Source: a virus. From it: DNA of 64,000 nt. The DNA lies in IMG/VR virus record IMGVR_UViG_3300021492_000072. One strand, written 5' to 3'. Made by a program: the position numbers and the translations under genes. A model generated the notes under the pieces. That model saw only the letters and a list, made by a program, of their open reading frames with translations, was not told the DNA's origin and made no database searches. This document shows, piece after piece, positions 47,815 to 57,388 of this stretch (its first letter is position 1; each line of letters opens with the position of its first letter).

Positions 47815-48462
47815 ATGAAAAAGATAATTGCTTGTAGTGACCTTCACATCCCCTACACAAGCCGCTACTTTATCACGTTCGCAAACTACGCGTGTGAAGC
47901 AGATATTGTTGTGTTTAACGGCGACATCCTCGACTTGGTAAGATGTAATGTAAAGGAGATAAAGAACAGTAAAACGGGGAGAGAGCTATTAGACGCTTTG
48001 AAGAAAGTGATCCTAAAGACAAAGACGGTCTTCGTCGAGGGTAACCACGACCCAGAACTAGGAAAATCGCTAACTGAACTATTAGGGTTCGAGGTTGAAT
48101 CAGTGCCTTCCTACCGTTTAGGCAGAATGGGTTTCATACACGGCCACCAACTCGATCCAGCATGCAAACACTGGAACTGGAAACTCCTAACTAAGGTTGC
48201 GCCTTTCTTCTTCCGTCCACCTAGTGGGTGGAAGAAACGGAACCGGGAAAAGTGGAAGAAGAAAATAGGACTCATCTACACAAACGCGTTTACCTTTCTT
48301 GAAGAGAATCCGTGGTGTACCCTACTGGTAATCGGACATACTCATTACCCTAGTCTCCACGAACTAGAAACAGAACAGTGGTTAGCAGACTGCGGGGATA
48401 TGACGGACTCTATAAGTGGAGTAAAAATAGAAAATGGAAAGGCTAAAATAATAACATTGTAG
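47815..48462 (+). CDS. Calcineurin-like metallophosphoesterase (LpxH-like)
   Basis: SDLH, GDILD, GNHD, HGH, GHTH. Confidence 0.9.
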   Translation: MKKIIACSDLHIPYTSRYFITFANYACEADIVVFNGDILDLVRCNVKEIKNSKTGRELLDALKKVILKTKTVFVEGNHDPELGKSLTELLGFEVESVPSYRLGRMGFIHGHQLDPACKHWNWKLLTKVAPFFFRPPSGWKKRNREKWKKKIGLIYTNAFTFLEENPWCTLLVIGHTHYPSLHELETEQWLADCGDMTDSISGVKIENGKAKIITL

Positions 48463-48483
48463 GCAAGAATGGGGGTGTGTAAG

Positions 48484-48867
48484 ATGAAAAGAAGATTAGT
48501 AGTCCTCTTTTTGCTATGTTCAATTGTATGGGGATGTGCAGGAGGAAGCTTAAAAAAGTGGGGTAAGAGTTACGACAGATTCATGAAGCAAGCAGAAGCG
48601 TTGGCGGAAGTATTGTGTGAGCACAGTGAGTTCTCAAGTTGCTACTGGAAGGCGGTTCTCGGTAACGACATAAACAAACTACCCGCTGAGGCATTAACCA
48701 TCTTAAACGAAATAGAACAAATCACAAAGGGCAGAAGCGCTGAGGACTTGACAGAGTGTGAGAAAGGAAGACTCTTTGGACTTTGGAAGCGGTTCGCTTA
48801 TTTAGTAGGTAAGGATGTCATAAAACGAGTCGTCCCGTTTATGATCAAATTTGCAGGTATGATATAA
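48484..48867 (+). CDS. Putative lipoprotein
   Basis: MKRR, hydrophobic stretch, WGC lipobox-like site. Confidence 0.55.
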   Translation: MKRRLVVLFLLCSIVWGCAGGSLKKWGKSYDRFMKQAEALAEVLCEHSEFSSCYWKAVLGNDINKLPAEALTILNEIEQITKGRSAEDLTECEKGRLFGLWKRFAYLVGKDVIKRVVPFMIKFAGMI

Positions 48868-49358
48868 TGGTTAGATTTTTAGCCTACCAAGGGACTGATT
48901 GGATCGCGAGGGTCATCAAATACCAAACGCAATCAGTCTACTCCCATATAGCATACCTTTGGAATGACAAATATGTGATAGAGTGCTGGCCCGAGCACTG
49001 GTACCAGCTGCTGAACGTGAGATGGAACAAACGTCCCCTTTTCAAAGGGTATAAAAAAGGGGACAAGTACGAGATCTGGGGCTTAGAAGTCAGCGAAGCA
49101 CACAAGACGTTCATCCACAACTTCTTCTTAGGGCTAGTAAAGACGAGAGCTAAATTCGACTACGTCGCTGGCTTCGGGCTATTCACCAAGTGGAGAAAGG
49201 AAAAGAAGGGTCAGTATTTTTGTTCTGAGGGGTGTATAGCCCCGTTGGTTAAGGTCTTTGAGTGGGATCACATAGCTCCTTGGAAGGTGACGCCTGAAGC
49301 ATTCGTTCAGATAATTCAAGCAGCGGGAGGAATACTAATAAAATCAGGAAGGGTGTAA
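48867..49358 (+). CDS. Permuted papain-like (YiiX/NlpC-P60) amidase
   Basis: YSHIA ... KFD ... FCSE ... P. Confidence 0.7.
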   Translation: MVRFLAYQGTDWIARVIKYQTQSVYSHIAYLWNDKYVIECWPEHWYQLLNVRWNKRPLFKGYKKGDKYEIWGLEVSEAHKTFIHNFFLGLVKTRAKFDYVAGFGLFTKWRKEKKGQYFCSEGCIAPLVKVFEWDHIAPWKVTPEAFVQIIQAAGGILIKSGRV

Positions 49359-49624
49359 TGGGAAATTTACAAGGACGTTGGGAGGTTTACATTGCTGGGA
49401 TACACATCTTGACGAAGGAAATAAAAGGAAAAGAAGGAAAAAATTACTTCCCGTGGGGAAGCGAAGCGGTTTTGTTGGACTTTGAGGTTAAAGGAATGGA
49501 GTTACACTATAAGTATTTACCTATCAAGGACATTTTGGAAGAGGAAAGCGAACACGCCCTTAAGGGAACAATGTACATTAAAGATAAAAAGTGGTTCGAC
49601 TTTATCATGCTCAGAACGAGTTAG
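49358..49624 (+). CDS. Hypothetical protein
   Basis: Coupled ORF. Confidence 0.55.
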   Translation: MGNLQGRWEVYIAGIHILTKEIKGKEGKNYFPWGSEAVLLDFEVKGMELHYKYLPIKDILEEESEHALKGTMYIKDKKWFDFIMLRTS

Positions 49625-49633
49625 GAGGGTACA

Positions 49634-49957
49634 ATGGAAAGTAACCTTGTAGCACAAAACCAGAATTGGCGTGTTCGCCAGTGTTTACAACCCGGTGGGG
49701 AAGAGTACGCCATCACCAAAAGATCTGGGAGATACACTCTCTACCTACACGGGACAGAGGAGAAACTGGCCTTCTATAATAAGCTTCGCTCACTCCTTGA
49801 ATCCTATAAGGAGGGGGAGGAAGATCTATGGATGATATGTTTTGGTAGCCCACATCTGACCCCAGAGTTTTGCGTAGCACTAACTATCGAAGATGTTAGA
49901 TTTCTCCTCAATGCAATACCAACTACGGAAACTATATACCCAACAAGGAGGACATAA
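49634..49957 (+). CDS. Hypothetical protein
   Basis: SD AGGAGG. Confidence 0.55.
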   Translation: MESNLVAQNQNWRVRQCLQPGGEEYAITKRSGRYTLYLHGTEEKLAFYNKLRSLLESYKEGEEDLWMICFGSPHLTPEFCVALTIEDVRFLLNAIPTTETIYPTRRT

Positions 49958-50949
49958 TGATAGACGAAAAAACGTTAAAACAGCTTTACAAGAAGTTAAG
50001 AGGTAAACGTGGTTTTGTTGGCTTTTCAAGAGTAGAGCAGCCAGTCTTAGCCGAAGGTGTGGAAACAGGTGAGACAGGTATCAGGGTGTACGTTAGGAAG
50101 AAACTGCCCGTGAACTTACTCAGGGAGCAGGACATCATCCCATCTGAATTTAAAGGAAAGAGGGTTGATGTGGTTGAAGTGGGCGACGTTAAGGCCCTAA
50201 AAGTTGACAAAACAAAGGAGTTCAGACCAGTCGAAATCGGTGTATCTGTGGGACACATAAACATTACAGCCTGCAGCTTGGGTTTCTACCCTATTTACAA
50301 AGACGGTGTAGTCCTTGTAGGAGGTAACGCTCACTGCTATACTCCTGATGCGAGTTTAAGCCCGGAACAGATAAGGGAGAAGCGGATAGTCCAACCCGGA
50401 AGGTATCACGACAAAAACTCAGGCATAGTGGGTGAATATTTTTGGCATGAGAGGGTCGTCCCAGTAGATGAAGGGTGCCCAATTGGTAAAGCTGTTGTGA
50501 GTGTCCTCAACTTCTTGGCCAAATTAGTTGGGAGCGGAACAAGACTCACCCTAGAAAGAGATAACGTAAACCACATCGACTTCGCCGTGTACGTTCCCAC
50601 TGTCGAACACATTAACAAGATAGCTGATGATAGTATTGATGAGTCAGCGCCTATGGTAGGCTTCCTCTTCGCGGGGAGCGATCAAGTGGGAGTAATATGC
50701 AAGGCTAGATACATTGTTGAAAAAGGCTTCACTTTCAATGTCCCTGTAGCTGAAGTACATAATGGTGACAGAGTGAAAGGTTGCTCTTTTTGGTGTAATT
50801 ACGAAACAACAGTAACTGATGAGTCGGCTTTCATCCAAGTTAGCTACGGTAACTTCACTGCTTTGTTTAATGATGTTATTCTTGTAGAGAATGAAGACAA
50901 TACGATTAAGGGAGGATGGAGCGGGAGTGGGTGGCGGAAAGTGACTTAA
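49957..50949 (+). CDS. Trypsin-like serine protease with prodomain
   Basis: NAHC (His), IDFA (Asp), GGWSGS (Ser). Confidence 0.7.
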   Translation: MIDEKTLKQLYKKLRGKRGFVGFSRVEQPVLAEGVETGETGIRVYVRKKLPVNLLREQDIIPSEFKGKRVDVVEVGDVKALKVDKTKEFRPVEIGVSVGHINITACSLGFYPIYKDGVVLVGGNAHCYTPDASLSPEQIREKRIVQPGRYHDKNSGIVGEYFWHERVVPVDEGCPIGKAVVSVLNFLAKLVGSGTRLTLERDNVNHIDFAVYVPTVEHINKIADDSIDESAPMVGFLFAGSDQVGVICKARYIVEKGFTFNVPVAEVHNGDRVKGCSFWCNYETTVTDESAFIQVSYGNFTALFNDVILVENEDNTIKGGWSGSGWRKVT

Positions 50950-51113
50950 AGCAAAAAGCAGAACTACAAGGTTTTATAACCATAGCTAAAGTTTGGGTTT
51001 TGGAACATAAGACCAGATGTAACGAGACGGAAGATCCTGACGAGTGTAAGAGGATTATGAAAAGACTCCTGGAGTTATTTAAGAAACTTGAAAACCTACT
51101 TAGGCTGATATGA
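50916..51113 (+). CDS. Small hypothetical protein
   Basis: Last ORF before the convergent block. Confidence 0.4.
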   Translation: MEREWVAESDLKQKAELQGFITIAKVWVLEHKTRCNETEDPDECKRIMKRLLELFKKLENLLRLI

Positions 51114-51117
51114 GTCC

Positions 51118-51648
51118 TTACACACCTTGCTTCTCTATCTCCAGAATTCTACGCGCAACAGATTCAGCCGTCTCATCAGGCTTACCCTCAATCACCTGAA
51201 CCTCTTCATAAGGTAACGAAAAACGCTTCAACACCTCAGCCACAGCATTAGTCACCTCAGCGTCTTCTCGTTTACTCCGCACGAAAAAGGTGTAAAGACT
51301 CACGTCATAAAAGCTCAACAATGACATTGTGTTTAGTGGTGATCCTACACAAAGCCTGTAAGCGCAGTTGTCCACTATACTTCTGTCAGCCACTATCACT
51401 TTGTCCCTGTAAACTAAGTAACTAGCAACAGTAACAAAGTCCAACGCTGTCTCAAAATAGTCATAAGCCTCAGCGTCGCGTTGGATCGTTTCCTTCCAAG
51501 CGTCTCTGATGTCCATTTGTTTCAGTAGGCAATCAGCGAACTCACCCACAAAGGCGAACCTGTATGAACGCAAGAGCCTCTTAAGCCGAGTAAAAATCGT
51601 CGTTTTACCGACGTCGTGGCTCCCTGATAAAGCGTAAACTCTAATCAT
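51118..51648 (-). CDS. P-loop nucleotide kinase-like (AAA_28)
   Basis: SGSHDVGKTT, E.A, DRS..D. Confidence 0.75.
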   Translation of the reverse strand: MIRVYALSGSHDVGKTTIFTRLKRLLRSYRFAFVGEFADCLLKQMDIRDAWKETIQRDAEAYDYFETALDFVTVASYLVYRDKVIVADRSIVDNCAYRLCVGSPLNTMSLLSFYDVSLYTFFVRSKREDAEVTNAVAEVLKRFSLPYEEVQVIEGKPDETAESVARRILEIEKQGV

Positions 51649-51992
51649 GATTCACACCCTTTTAAAAGAAGCTTTTTTAATTTCAAAAAGCACTCTCTTA
51701 TTTGCCCCGCTTTAAACGAAGCGATATAGTCATACTTAGTCTCGCCAGCATAAGGAAGGTCTCCCGCCCAGCCTGTCCAATTTCTCTTCCCGTTAATGAT
51801 AATGTCATCTGAGTTTCTGTGCTCATATACACAGTAGGTCATATTGTCATTTAAGTTTCCAAAAGTTAGTCCCATTTCTCTACCGTTCTGGAAGCAGTTG
51901 ACACAAATCTTGTAGTCCTTTAAATCCTTATCTTTTTTGATTAAATTGAGAATTTTGAATGACACGTTAAGTCCCTCATTAAGCAGTACCAT
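51645..51992 (-). CDS. Hypothetical protein
   Basis: SD GGAGGT. Confidence 0.6.
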   Translation of the reverse strand: MVLLNEGLNVSFKILNLIKKDKDLKDYKICVNCFQNGREMGLTFGNLNDNMTYCVYEHRNSDDIIINGKRNWTGWAGDLPYAGETKYDYIASFKAGQIRECFLKLKKLLLKGCES

Positions 51993-52005
51993 AGTGACCT
52001 CCCCT

Positions 52006-52251
52006 TCACTTTATTTGCTGCGCCGCTCTGCTGCTTTTCCACTTCTCTAGGATCACCTTAAAGCCGTCACAAATCTCCCTGTAGGTACCTTGTCTTAAGT
52101 AACAGTCGCTCTCTCTTAAAGCAAGCTCTTTATACTGAGTAGCTATGTGCTCAACAACAGCGGGTGTTAGACTAATTACAATCTTATCTTTAAAGTAGCA
52201 CCCCTCTACTTCAGGGCGCAACTCCACCTTTACGAATTCAATCTTCGCCAT
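52006..52251 (-). CDS. Hypothetical protein
   Basis: SD GGAGGT. Confidence 0.55.
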   Translation of the reverse strand: MAKIEFVKVELRPEVEGCYFKDKIVISLTPAVVEHIATQYKELALRESDCYLRQGTYREICDGFKVILEKWKSSRAAQQIK

Positions 52252-52261
52252 TTCATACCTC

Positions 52262-52627
52262 CTAGTATACCCACATCACAGGATGTGGTAGACTAATATC
52301 CATGTCAACATGAATGAAGTTCTTACTCACTCCAATTCTAATCGCTCCCCACCGTAATAAGACTCTGAGCAACCGATACCGATACTCCGAACCATATGCT
52401 CTAATATCTGCTGCCATGCCTCTCAAGTGTGCACTATTTGGTGCGCCCCCCACTTCCTTATTGTGACGAGCACACCTAAACCCTGAGTCAATCACAATAG
52501 GAGACCCTAAATCCGACCTTACTTGATCGAGCCACTTCACGAAATCTTCCCTCATCTCACACGCACCACAACACGGGCAAGCGAATTCTTTAGGACTAAA
52601 GTGATCGACCTCCTCCCACCAGCTCAC
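52262..52627 (-). CDS. Peptidase M15A (probable endolysin)
   Basis: EFACPCCG, SGFRC..HN..VGG..NS.H..G.AAD, FIHVD. Confidence 0.9.
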   Translation of the reverse strand: MSWWEEVDHFSPKEFACPCCGACEMREDFVKWLDQVRSDLGSPIVIDSGFRCARHNKEVGGAPNSAHLRGMAADIRAYGSEYRYRLLRVLLRWGAIRIGVSKNFIHVDMDISLPHPVMWVY

Positions 52628-52645
52628 TCCGTCTTCCTCCCTTAC

Positions 52646-52819
52646 TTACGTACTTCTCACCTTTCTCTTTATATCCTCGAATTTACAGCCACCCGTTACT
52701 CCTGTTTCAATATCTACAAACCATACAGGATACATATAGCTTTCGTCTCTCACTTTCAGAATCCTTACTATCCTTCCGTCCTTAAGTTCAACTACATCAT
52801 CTACACGTAGTTTATTCAT
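52646..52819 (-). CDS. 57-aa hypothetical protein (not in the ORF track)
   Basis: MNKLRVDDVVELKDGRIVRI...; SD upstream. Confidence 0.5.
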   Translation of the reverse strand: MNKLRVDDVVELKDGRIVRILKVRDESYMYPVWFVDIETGVTGGCKFEDIKRKVRST

Positions 52820-52825
52820 CTTCCT

Positions 52826-53350
52826 TCACCTCCTTTCTTTCCACTTTCCCTCACTACGATCGTAAAAATAACCACTTCTATGGAGGTACTCTCCTAAGTT
52901 ACAAGACGATACCTTGCAAACCTTACTAAACTCCAGCATCGAACTAAATGACGCTAACACTTTCTTTATCCCTCCATAACGCTTAAACGCCTCTTCTGCC
53001 AGCCCATAGGGTGCGTTGTTGTACACCCTGGGCTTAGTTTTAATTCCTATTCTTTTTAAGCCTTCTAAAACGACGTTATATCTGAATCCCCAATAGGAAC
53101 CCATTCCCATTGTTCCCTTCTCATTATACTGTCTACTCAGTTCGCGTTTCACTACCTCTACATCACACCCATAGTGCATAAACACATTCCAAAGAAACGA
53201 GTTCTTACGGCAGCCAGATATGGTAGCCGCAATCGCGCTTTTGAACCTTACAGCAAGATCAGGGCTAAGCTTATCGGCTACCTTAAATAACTCTTTACCA
53301 TCTGCGTCTGAAATGACTAAGGTGAGCCGTTTCTCGCGTTGACTACTCAT
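52826..53350 (-). CDS. Hypothetical, possibly DNA-binding
   Basis: Basic helical ORF. Confidence 0.55.
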   Translation of the reverse strand: MSSQREKRLTLVISDADGKELFKVADKLSPDLAVRFKSAIAATISGCRKNSFLWNVFMHYGCDVEVVKRELSRQYNEKGTMGMGSYWGFRYNVVLEGLKRIGIKTKPRVYNNAPYGLAEEAFKRYGGIKKVLASFSSMLEFSKVCKVSSCNLGEYLHRSGYFYDRSEGKWKERR

Positions 53351-53582
53351 CGCAAGTTGGTTTTAAGTAATCTCCAAAGTCTCGGGGCATCAGCACTTGC
53401 CATGTGTCATCATAGCCCAACAACGTTTCGGGGCGTCTTATGTCCGCTAACCTAACGTTTGGAGCACGGGGATCCAGCCCATACAGCTCACACAATTTGC
53501 GTGCTGATATGAAATGAACTTCTCCATCGTTTGGGCTTACTACATAACCGCCAATCACTAAAAACTTCACCTGCTTAATCAA
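53343..53582 (-). CDS. Hypothetical phage protein
   Basis: GYVVS.NDG..HFI.A..L..LYG. Confidence 0.55.
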   Translation of the reverse strand: MIKQVKFLVIGGYVVSPNDGEVHFISARKLCELYGLDPRAPNVRLADIRRPETLLGYDDTWQVLMPRDFGDYLKPTCDE

Positions 53583-53790
53583 AGAGCTTCCTCCCCACTA
53601 TCAACAGAACAATTAGAGCTAAAACGCAACTACAATCCGCCGAATAGCCAAGCAGACCTCTACCAGGTATCTGTGTGAGTCCTAAAAGGAAGCAATACCC
53701 AATTATGAACGCACCAGGTAGAAGTGCCCACCCCTTCCAACCTTGCCTGTACGCTAGTATCGTTAACACAATCTCTAAAATTAACATCAC
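53575..53790 (-). CDS. Small membrane protein
   Basis: Hydrophobic segments. Confidence 0.55.
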   Translation of the reverse strand: MMLILEIVLTILAYRQGWKGWALLPGAFIIGYCFLLGLTQIPGRGLLGYSADCSCVLALIVLLIVGRKLFD

Positions 53791-53791
53791 T

Positions 53792-54259
53792 TTAACCTCC
53801 CTTAATCTCGGGCAGTTGAAATACCTTATCTGAAATAAAAAGCCCGTGACCGAACACTATCCACATATAATCTTTTTTGTAAAACCGTGCTCTAACCAGC
53901 AACGAGCTATACTCAGCTTCGGCTTCCGCAACTCGGCGTAAATAATCACTCAACTTTGAGGACTGTTGTAAGTTCGTCAAACTCCCACCGACCAAATCTC
54001 CTGGCTGCTCTGGGTAAACAGCGGCTCTAATATCGTCAATTCTTTGTTGAAGCACTTTTATTTCATGCAACTGCCCTACTAGTTGGGGATAAGTCGTTAT
54101 ACCTTTGGGTACAAACGCTGCCAAAAGTATGACAGACAAAAGAGCACTTACAAGACCAGAAAACACAAGGTGGTCCTTTCCTCGTTTCCCAAAATATACA
54201 ACTGAAATTAGACCGACTAAAAGTAGAAGTATCCAAATCATTTCAGCCTCCTCCCACAA
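53792..54259 (-). CDS. Membrane protein with two N-terminal TM helices
   Basis: Hydrophobic N-terminus, helical remainder. Confidence 0.6.
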   Translation of the reverse strand: MWEEAEMIWILLLLVGLISVVYFGKRGKDHLVFSGLVSALLSVILLAAFVPKGITTYPQLVGQLHEIKVLQQRIDDIRAAVYPEQPGDLVGGSLTNLQQSSKLSDYLRRVAEAEAEYSSLLVRARFYKKDYMWIVFGHGLFISDKVFQLPEIKGG

Positions 54260-54263
54260 CCTC

Positions 54264-54503
54264 TTACTCTACCGTGCGGGGTTTTCTCTGTAAGTCTATC
54301 GGCAGCTTATAAGAACGAGGAGGAAACTCGTCATCCTCGTAGACCACCCTCCCTGATAGACTGTGCGTGTGCTGTCTTAGTTTTTGTAACCTTAACACTT
54401 CTTCTACCATAGAAGATAAATGACTTCTCAAAACCTCGACTTTCTCGTCAAGAGTCATCTCATCCCAATACTTTGGCCTAGCTTCACCAATACAACTCTC
54501 CAT
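54264..54503 (-). CDS. Hypothetical protein
   Basis: SD GGAGGT. Confidence 0.55.
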   Translation of the reverse strand: MESCIGEARPKYWDEMTLDEKVEVLRSHLSSMVEEVLRLQKLRQHTHSLSGRVVYEDDEFPPRSYKLPIDLQRKPRTVE

Positions 54504-54549
54504 CTCTTACCTCCTTTCTACATTATTCCCATATAAAGCAAACAAAGCT

Positions 54550-54777
54550 TCATCTTTCTTCCCATAACTTCCTCATAACAACTCCAGCATCTAAATTGCC
54601 CCACCTAATTAAGTCAACATACCCTGCAAGGTCTGCAAAACACTCCAGACACAAAGTTTTCGTGGGATTCCAACCACACTTCTTACAGACCCGGTTCCAC
54701 AACTCATCGCTAACTCTCCACACCACATTTTGCACTCTCCCACACCTCTTACATGACTGAGGAGTAGCCAAAATCAC
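54550..54777 (-). CDS. Small zinc-finger protein
   Basis: CKRC...V.DELW...LCLECF. Confidence 0.6.
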   Translation of the reverse strand: MILATPQSCKRCGRVQNVVWRVSDELWNRVCKKCGWNPTKTLCLECFADLAGYVDLIRWGNLDAGVVMRKLWEER

Positions 54778-54782
54778 ACCTC

Positions 54783-55052
54783 CTATAAACCACTACCACT
54801 AGTAGGTGGGCGGCTTTCTTCTAACACAAAGCAATCTCCTCTATCAACCACCTTACTCAACAACACTTTAGTCTCGCAATCAGGTAAAGTTCCCCACCAA
54901 CACCCACTAAGTGACGCACAGAGCCCTTGTACTTTACCACACTTCATACATATTCTAAATTCTTTCACTAAGCGAGGACAGTTCTCCCCTAAAAAATTAT
55001 TGGTGGTAACACGGTAAACATATTTCCACTTATGCCAGCAAAACTTAAACAC
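54783..55052 (-). CDS. Small Cys/His protein
   Basis: CWHKW...CMKCG. Confidence 0.55.
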   Translation of the reverse strand: MFKFCWHKWKYVYRVTTNNFLGENCPRLVKEFRICMKCGKVQGLCASLSGCWWGTLPDCETKVLLSKVVDRGDCFVLEESRPPTSGSGL

Positions 55053-55272
55053 CTCCTATGCCCCCAACCTCATCCTCTCTACCAAAAGCTAAAACTATGA
55101 CCCTACAATCTAAATCGACCTCCTTAAGCTCAGCTCTCTTGTTATTGTAAAGTTCTATCGCTTTCAGCCTCGCCTCTACCTCGTCTTTCCCCTCTAAATC
55201 CACTTCGTACTTCTTCTTTACCTCATAAACATGAACATGATACTTCATCCTCACACCTCCTACCATATACAC
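55045..55272 (-). CDS. Hypothetical protein
   Basis: Coupled ORF; start probably at MKYHV. Confidence 0.5.
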   Translation of the reverse strand: MYMVGGVRMKYHVHVYEVKKKYEVDLEGKDEVEARLKAIELYNNKRAELKEVDLDCRVIVLAFGREDEVGGIGGV

Positions 55273-55622
55273 TCTTTTGCGATTGAAACCAGACGGAGAA
55301 AGACCTCATCCTTCACCTTCTCCTTCGGATCCAATGCCTCATAAGGAACAAGGTCTGGATGCACCTTGTTCTCCGGATCATACTTTTTTCCAAATATCCA
55401 GCCCATTTCCTCGTACCTCCGCACCCAGGAGTCGTGAGCCTCCTTAAAGTCTCCAAACGACCTCCTTCCAGAACACAAATCGTCGACTAACTCAACAAAC
55501 TGTTTTCTGAAGTCAGGATCCCGGTTATCCCAAGACTTTGGGATCACTGGGCACCCCAACATCATTGCGTGTAGCCTTGCTGCCTCATAGCAAAATCTTG
55601 CTCTCCTTTCCTTTAAATCCAT
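55260..55622 (-). CDS. RyR-domain phage protein
   Basis: HDSW....GW..G..YD...K.HPDLVPY..L...EK.KD. Confidence 0.8.
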   Translation of the reverse strand: MDLKERRARFCYEAARLHAMMLGCPVIPKSWDNRDPDFRKQFVELVDDLCSGRRSFGDFKEAHDSWVRRYEEMGWIFGKKYDPENKVHPDLVPYEALDPKEKVKDEVFLRLVSIAKECIW

Positions 55623-55641
55623 CTTACACCCCCAGATTCCA

Positions 55642-56301
55642 TCAATCTCCCTCAACCACGCTCTTAATATACTTATCAAACCGAGCAAAAGTTCCTTCTG
55701 TGACAAGCTTCTCCGAAAGTAGGTATTCGAAAACCTCCTTTATCTCAACTATCTTAAAAATCTTAAGGTCATGTTGCATAAGTATGTTGAGATCCTCTTT
55801 AGCTAACTCTTGTCTATCCACTGCGATAAAAATGCCAACAGGTAGGACTTTTCTCAAAGCAGAAAGTCTTTGCCAATTATCAACCTTAGTCTTTCCTGTG
55901 GTGATAACATCATCTACAATCAGCACTCGGTCCGCGTCACGTAAATCACCCACAATAAGTTTTTCCGCAGTGTCTCCATAATCCTTGCTCTCCTTCCTGT
56001 CATAGCCCCACCGTTTACTGACCTCATAACGCTCCCACAACTTTTCAGCAACTAGTGAAGCCAAAGGAATGCCTTTATAAGCTGGACCGTGAATATAATC
56101 AAAATTGTCTCCTAAATTATCCCAGATGGCCTGCGCATATATGGTTCCTACCTTAGAACATCCTTCTCCATCCTTCACTGCCAGCCCCATATTTATAAAA
56201 TAAGGGGATATACGACCACTCTTTAACTTAAACTCCCCAAACTTAATAGCGCCTGTCTTAAATAGGTGGTGGATGAATTCCTCCTTATAGGCTGTCAGCA
56301 T
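55642..56301 (-). CDS. pyrE: Orotate phosphoribosyltransferase
   Basis: FGEFKLKSGRISPYF, GPAYKGIP, RKE.KDYG, VDDVITTG. Confidence 0.92.
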   Translation of the reverse strand: MLTAYKEEFIHHLFKTGAIKFGEFKLKSGRISPYFINMGLAVKDGEGCSKVGTIYAQAIWDNLGDNFDYIHGPAYKGIPLASLVAEKLWERYEVSKRWGYDRKESKDYGDTAEKLIVGDLRDADRVLIVDDVITTGKTKVDNWQRLSALRKVLPVGIFIAVDRQELAKEDLNILMQHDLKIFKIVEIKEVFEYLLSEKLVTEGTFARFDKYIKSVVEGD

Positions 56302-56302
56302 T

Positions 56303-56965
56303 CTATACCTCCAATATTTCTTTATAAAGCTCTTCCGCTGCTTTTTTAGGATCTGAAGCGCCATAAATAGCCCTTCCTATAATTTCATAATCAGCTCCTG
56401 TTTTTATTGCATCCCCAACCCTGGCACCCTGAACTTTTATGCCGGGGGACATGATGTAAATGTTCTCCCTTAGCGCGGGAGCAACAGAAGCTATAATTTC
56501 CGGCTTTGTAGCGGGTAAAACTACACCATCTACGCCCAAAGTATTGACTGTTTCTACTAACTGCTTTGTTATTGGATTAATATATTGAGAAGCACCAGGA
56601 TGGGTCATGCTCATAACTACTATTACATCGCCCCTATTTAACTCTAGGATGCTTTCTATAACATCTCTACCTACAAAACCGTGAACAATAACAGCATCAG
56701 CTCCTGCTTCATAGGCAATTTGAGCTATGCGGCTTGAAATGTAAGGAATATCAGCAATTTTTCCGTCGTAAACTACCGGAATCCGGGAAACCTTTTTAAT
56801 CTCAGAAATGACCTTATACCCCCTTTGCATCTCTAGGGGGCGTCCTATTTTAAAGACAAAATTACCTTCAAGGCCACAGAGTTGCCTAGCAAGCTCAACG
56901 GCCGAATCCACGTCTGTGACGTCCAACGCGATAACAATGCCTCTCTTCTTTTCTATGATAGACAT
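56303..56965 (-). CDS. pyrF: Orotidine-5'-phosphate decarboxylase
   Basis: IALD, KIG, DGKIADIP, PGI..QG, IIGRAIY. Confidence 0.92.
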   Translation of the reverse strand: MSIIEKKRGIVIALDVTDVDSAVELARQLCGLEGNFVFKIGRPLEMQRGYKVISEIKKVSRIPVVYDGKIADIPYISSRIAQIAYEAGADAVIVHGFVGRDVIESILELNRGDVIVVMSMTHPGASQYINPITKQLVETVNTLGVDGVVLPATKPEIIASVAPALRENIYIMSPGIKVQGARVGDAIKTGADYEIIGRAIYGASDPKKAAEELYKEILEV

Positions 56966-56977
56966 AAGAACCTCCTT

Positions 56978-57388
56978 TTAAATACGTCTACGACTATACT
57001 CCTTAACCTGGCTTTCTTTGCGTTCATCAAGGCCACCTCCAACCAATTCTAAACTGCTTCCCGGCTCAGGGATAGTTAAACCTCTTTCAAGACTAACTTC
57101 TATCCACGCACGTTTCGCTTCCTGGAGTCTCTCAAGTGCCTCTTCTTTAGTCCTGCCTTCAGCGCCACAGCCAGGTAGATCAGGAATTTCCGCACCAAAG
57201 TACTCCTCACCATTATACTCAGTGAATTTTTCAATCACGGCAGGATACCGCAGACCAAGGTAATAGTAGAGTTTAAAAAGTCTAACAAGCTTATCTATCT
57301 TCCTCAGCTCCTCCCGCGTAGCACCGTAGCAATCCCCCGAGGAAGACACAATCTTTGCTATCTCTTCTTTAATTTCCTCCACAATCAA
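56978..57388 (-). CDS. HicB-like antitoxin-domain protein
   Basis: AEIPDLPGC.A.G.T.EEA...L.EA...W.......G..IPEP. Confidence 0.8.
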   Translation of the reverse strand: MIVEEIKEEIAKIVSSSGDCYGATREELRKIDKLVRLFKLYYYLGLRYPAVIEKFTEYNGEEYFGAEIPDLPGCGAEGRTKEEALERLQEAKRAWIEVSLERGLTIPEPGSSLELVGGGLDERKESQVKEYSRRRI

